DNA of 64,000 nucleotides, taken from contig OZ176051.1 in assembly GCA_964247055.1 (NCBI GenBank), positions 7,130,001 to 7,194,000 on the forward strand, written 5' to 3'. Below, in pieces: positions 60,486 to 64,000 of this stretch. The translations under genes were made by a program, and so were the position numbers. A model generated the notes under the pieces. The model was given only the letters and a program-made list of their open reading frames with translations. It searched no databases and was not told where the DNA came from. The first letter of the stretch is position 1. Every line of letters begins with the position of its first letter. Source of the stretch: Paragordius varius (lineage: Eukaryota > Animalia > Nematomorpha).

Positions 60486-63002
60486 TACATTTAGCTTAAA
60501 CAAAATAAGGTTGTTACCATTGTTATAAAATATCTTTTATTCATTAAAAAAAACAAAAATTATGGAATCAACAACAACTTGAATAAATTATTGTGATCAA
60601 TTAAAATAATGTTGAATGAATGAATATACTTGAATTAATTAAAACTTATTAGATTGGTGTTAAATAAAAGGTTATAGAAAACACAATCTATTTCAATAAA
60701 TCGCATTTTTTACCCGTGTTTCAAATATATCAAACATTTACCTTTGAAAACAAACTCCCACTTTAAGTATTTTGAATTCAAATTTGAGTAATTTAACTCA
60801 TAAGGTCCTTAATCCACAGTTTATTCTCTATTATGACTGTTAGAATTTTGATGTCAGGAACAGATAATTTATTTTAGGGGTAATTTGAAACGTTCAAGCG
60901 TAAACTTAGAAAAGTTCGAGAATGACGAGGGAAAATTTAAATTTTGAATTTTATTCCAGATGCATAAATTATATCGTTTTGTCTAAGAAAGACGCAAAAA
61001 ACATCACTGACGTACAGACCCCATTTCATCTGACATTATACTAAAATCACCTATAGAGCTCCATTATTTTAATAACTCAGAACATGTCGAAATTCGCGTA
61101 TGAAAAAGATTATTTGCGGTCCTCATTACTCTTTTATCCTGTAGTAGAAAAAAGTGGTTGGAAGTCATCGTTTGCTAGCCGAGACATTGGTGAATATGCT
61201 CTACGGAATAAAATATTTAAACATGGTTAAAATAATTGTAAATTAATGAATCTGTCTGTGGGCGCCGGATAGACCACATAAGTGCAAAGACGATCAGATA
61301 AAGGGTTATTGATGATGCACTTAAACTCAGTAGAAGCGTTACATGTATTACAAAAAACCATAAGCAGACGTCACGTGCAACTGGAAGGTTCAATAAACTC
61401 GGTACATGGGTCCCACACAAGTTGAATAAAAGCCTATTTAATGCAAAGTGACTTGTGAAATCCTGATTGAACGTCCCAAAACAAATCATATTTGTAACTA
61501 AATGTGACGAGTGAGTGGCTTAATACAAAGTGGGAAAAAATACTTGCCAAGCTAGTCCATCAACATCAGGCCAAATTACTTCAGCAAGAGGATAATGCTC
61601 TGTGTCAGGTGATCAGAGCGGTAGTGTTAAACTTCTTAAGCATAGTGTGAATTCATTAATAAACATGCTATCGCAAGCAAATATTTAAAAATTTTGCCTC
61701 ATAATCAGTCTTGCATAGCAAAACCAATGAACGGCCTCCAAATTGCTCTATAGAAAATATCCCCTACTATTCTCATGACTGGGCGTCACTGAGACCTATC
61801 TTGCATCAGTCTCGCAGAGAAACACTTTAACAATTTTGTGGCTTGACAATTGACAAAAACAATCATTTTTTCTGGCCCGAAATTGTTTATTATTCGAGAG
61901 ATAGGCTTGTGTAGAAGCCGATGGCCAATCCTATAAACAATAAATAAATGTTTAGTAGTTCCTTTCATTATTTTTTATTAAAACTAATAACTACTTCTGG
62001 TGTGTAAATATGACCATTTAATTGCTATATAACTAAGCTGCTTAAGTTATGGAGCTTTGAATCATTCGAATCATTATATATTGCTAATGTATTTAATAGG
62101 AGTTTTTGAAAAAAACGTTCTTCATAAAAGAGATTGCCATGCATCATTATCTTTTACTGGCTTTACCACCACGTTACCTTTTAGGGAAATTTTGAAACCC
62201 TATATCGATTTTAAATTTGAATATCAAAGTATTTTAGAAATAGGGCCCATTTTATATACATGGATTGTCAAGTTTTTTAGGCCTATGATTCAATAAAATT
62301 AAATCAAAATAATAATAAAATTAAAAAAAAATCATATTAAACTTAAACTCTTTCACCGTCATTTTTAGGATTTCGCTAATGCACAGGCAAATAAATTTAT
62401 AATATAGTAAGAAATGAAAATAATATAAAACTTTCATATTACATTTTAGTAAGAAATTTTAAATTAATTTTAAATCAGCTATTTGTGATTGGGTTTCGGA
62501 ACTTTTCAATTTGGACCTAGGAAATATCGTAAAATGTAAGTTTTTTATAAAATAAACTCAATTTTCTATAACTTGTTTAACCAAACAACTATTAAAAATG
62601 TAGGTTTTAAATGTTAAAGTTTTGAAAATTAAAAATAATCAAACAATTAAAAGGTAATGTAGTGAAACCACCCTTATATAAAAAATACAGATAATAAATT
62701 ATTATGTTTTTAAAAATTTATAGCTAAAGTAATACTGAAATCACCAATAAATTTTAATTAAAACACACTGGTAAATTTTTTGGATGTTATTATGGGCATT
62801 TCATCGAATAGTCTTTACAAATAAATACCAATTATATTATTTTTAGGTCTAATTTGCAAAACTAGATGCAATTTCTCACATATATCATAAATATTATTGA
62901 TCAATAAAAATTATATTAATTAGAACATTAGCCTAAAGACTTTTTTCCCTATGTCTAATTAAAATTTATCATTTAGTTTGTTTTGCATGTTGTTCTTACC
63001 AA
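60486..63002. repeat. Right arm (2.5 kb) of the large inverted repeat
   Basis: Reverse complement of 55776-58312. The unique spacer is 58313-60485. Confidence 0.95.
60950..62005 (+). mobile_element. Mos1-like mariner remnant inside the right arm
   Basis: MSKFAYEKDYLRSSLLFY (61084), KLGTWVPHKLN, TCEIL, RPNYFSKRIMLCV, YYSHDWAS (cf. YSPDLAPS), AEKHFNNF and CVEADGQSY. Many frameshifts. Confidence 0.9.
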
Positions 63003-63600
63003 TAAATTGTACAAATCCCAATACAAATATTAATTTGTCATAAAACAGACTTGTTAGAGGAAATTGTAAGGATTTTTTGGATATTCCACTACTTTTAAAT
63101 CCTATTTTGCATAAATTATAGATTTAATAATTCCTAATCATGTGAGAATCCAAAATAAAACAGTATAAATTTTTTTACACTCATAAACCAGATGACAAAA
63201 AAATGCAAAAATAAAAAACAATATTTTTGGTTTTATTTTGATATAGAAGTTTATTTTACTGTAAATAATTAAAAAAATTTATTTTAATATAGTTTCATTA
63301 AATTTATTTTGTCATTTAAGTGTGATAAAAGAAAAATATCATCTTTTGACCTGAAATTTCTTGACCCAAACTATATGATTTTAGGATATTTATATATTGA
63401 AAATATCTCCTAAGATGATAATAAACCATAATATTTCAAATTTTATCATTATTTTTTGAATTATCCTTAATTATCCTAAATTTTCACTTTTTGCCCAATT
63501 TCGATTTTCTCTCAATATCTCAAAAACTAGGTTGTCAACAAATAAAAATTTTTGCGGATGAATACGCTGGTCATAAGCTATCTCATGAAAAAAAAATTTT
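63003..63600. repeat. Family H partial copy, inverted relative to 50770-51330
   Basis: See the family H entry. It begins where the right inverted arm ends. Confidence 0.75.
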
Positions 63601-64000
63601 TCGTTTCAAACATATTTTCATTGAATCCTAATCTATGAATAATTTTTCAGAATGCTTTTTAAAAAAATTTAAAAACTTTTAAAAGAGAATATTTCAAGAT
63701 ATTCTAGGAATCTTCACACAAAATATAAAATTTAATTTTTTCGAAACAGAAAATATTAAAAAATTTATATCTCAAAACAGTGATATTCCATATACTTTTT
63801 TTGTAATTCAATATTTATGCCCAGGTTTAATTGAAGATCATTTACAGTGAAAAGTGAAATTATAAGCGGACAAAACGATGTAAAAATATAAAAATATTTT
63901 TTTTAGAATAAAAAAACATTTATTGAATCAACTACAAAAAAGAAGAAGACGTATAATACGTAACATAGTAAGGTCTAATTTTCATAACGGATCTTTCAAT

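Noticed and set aside
55776-63002. Maverick/Polinton or Galileo element defined by the long inverted arms
   Set aside because: No polymerase, integrase or P-type transposase remnants in the spacer, and no terminal TSD.

Overview
Very AT-rich (roughly 20-25% GC by eye) invertebrate animal nuclear DNA; the short spliceosomal introns I could place are mostly 58-75 nt. Bases 1-13,050 are a ~98-bp tandem satellite (~133 monomers) with dyad symmetry and higher-order duplications. Decayed Penelope-like and Ty3/Gypsy RT fragments follow. Three protein genes are supported: an intronless PLC-gamma (21291-25760, +), a 19-exon NOSTRIN-like F-BAR/HR1/SH3 gene (31810-39613, +) and an unannotated multi-exon minus-strand gene with weak CUB-like motifs (~42653-55277). 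Intergenic DNA and large introns are filled with nested DNA transposons: a hAT-Blackjack-like element with perfect TSD, a hAT MITE, piggyBac-like and Tc1-like MITEs, foldback palindromes, three Mos1-like mariner remnants and a tRNA-derived SINE. There is also a 7.2-kb inverted repeat with 2.5-kb arms. The best novel candidate is a 139-nt, 55% GC island just upstream of PLC-gamma that can fold into a three-helix hairpin plus a 10-bp pseudoknot. All homology calls come from recognising motifs by eye; no database search was run.
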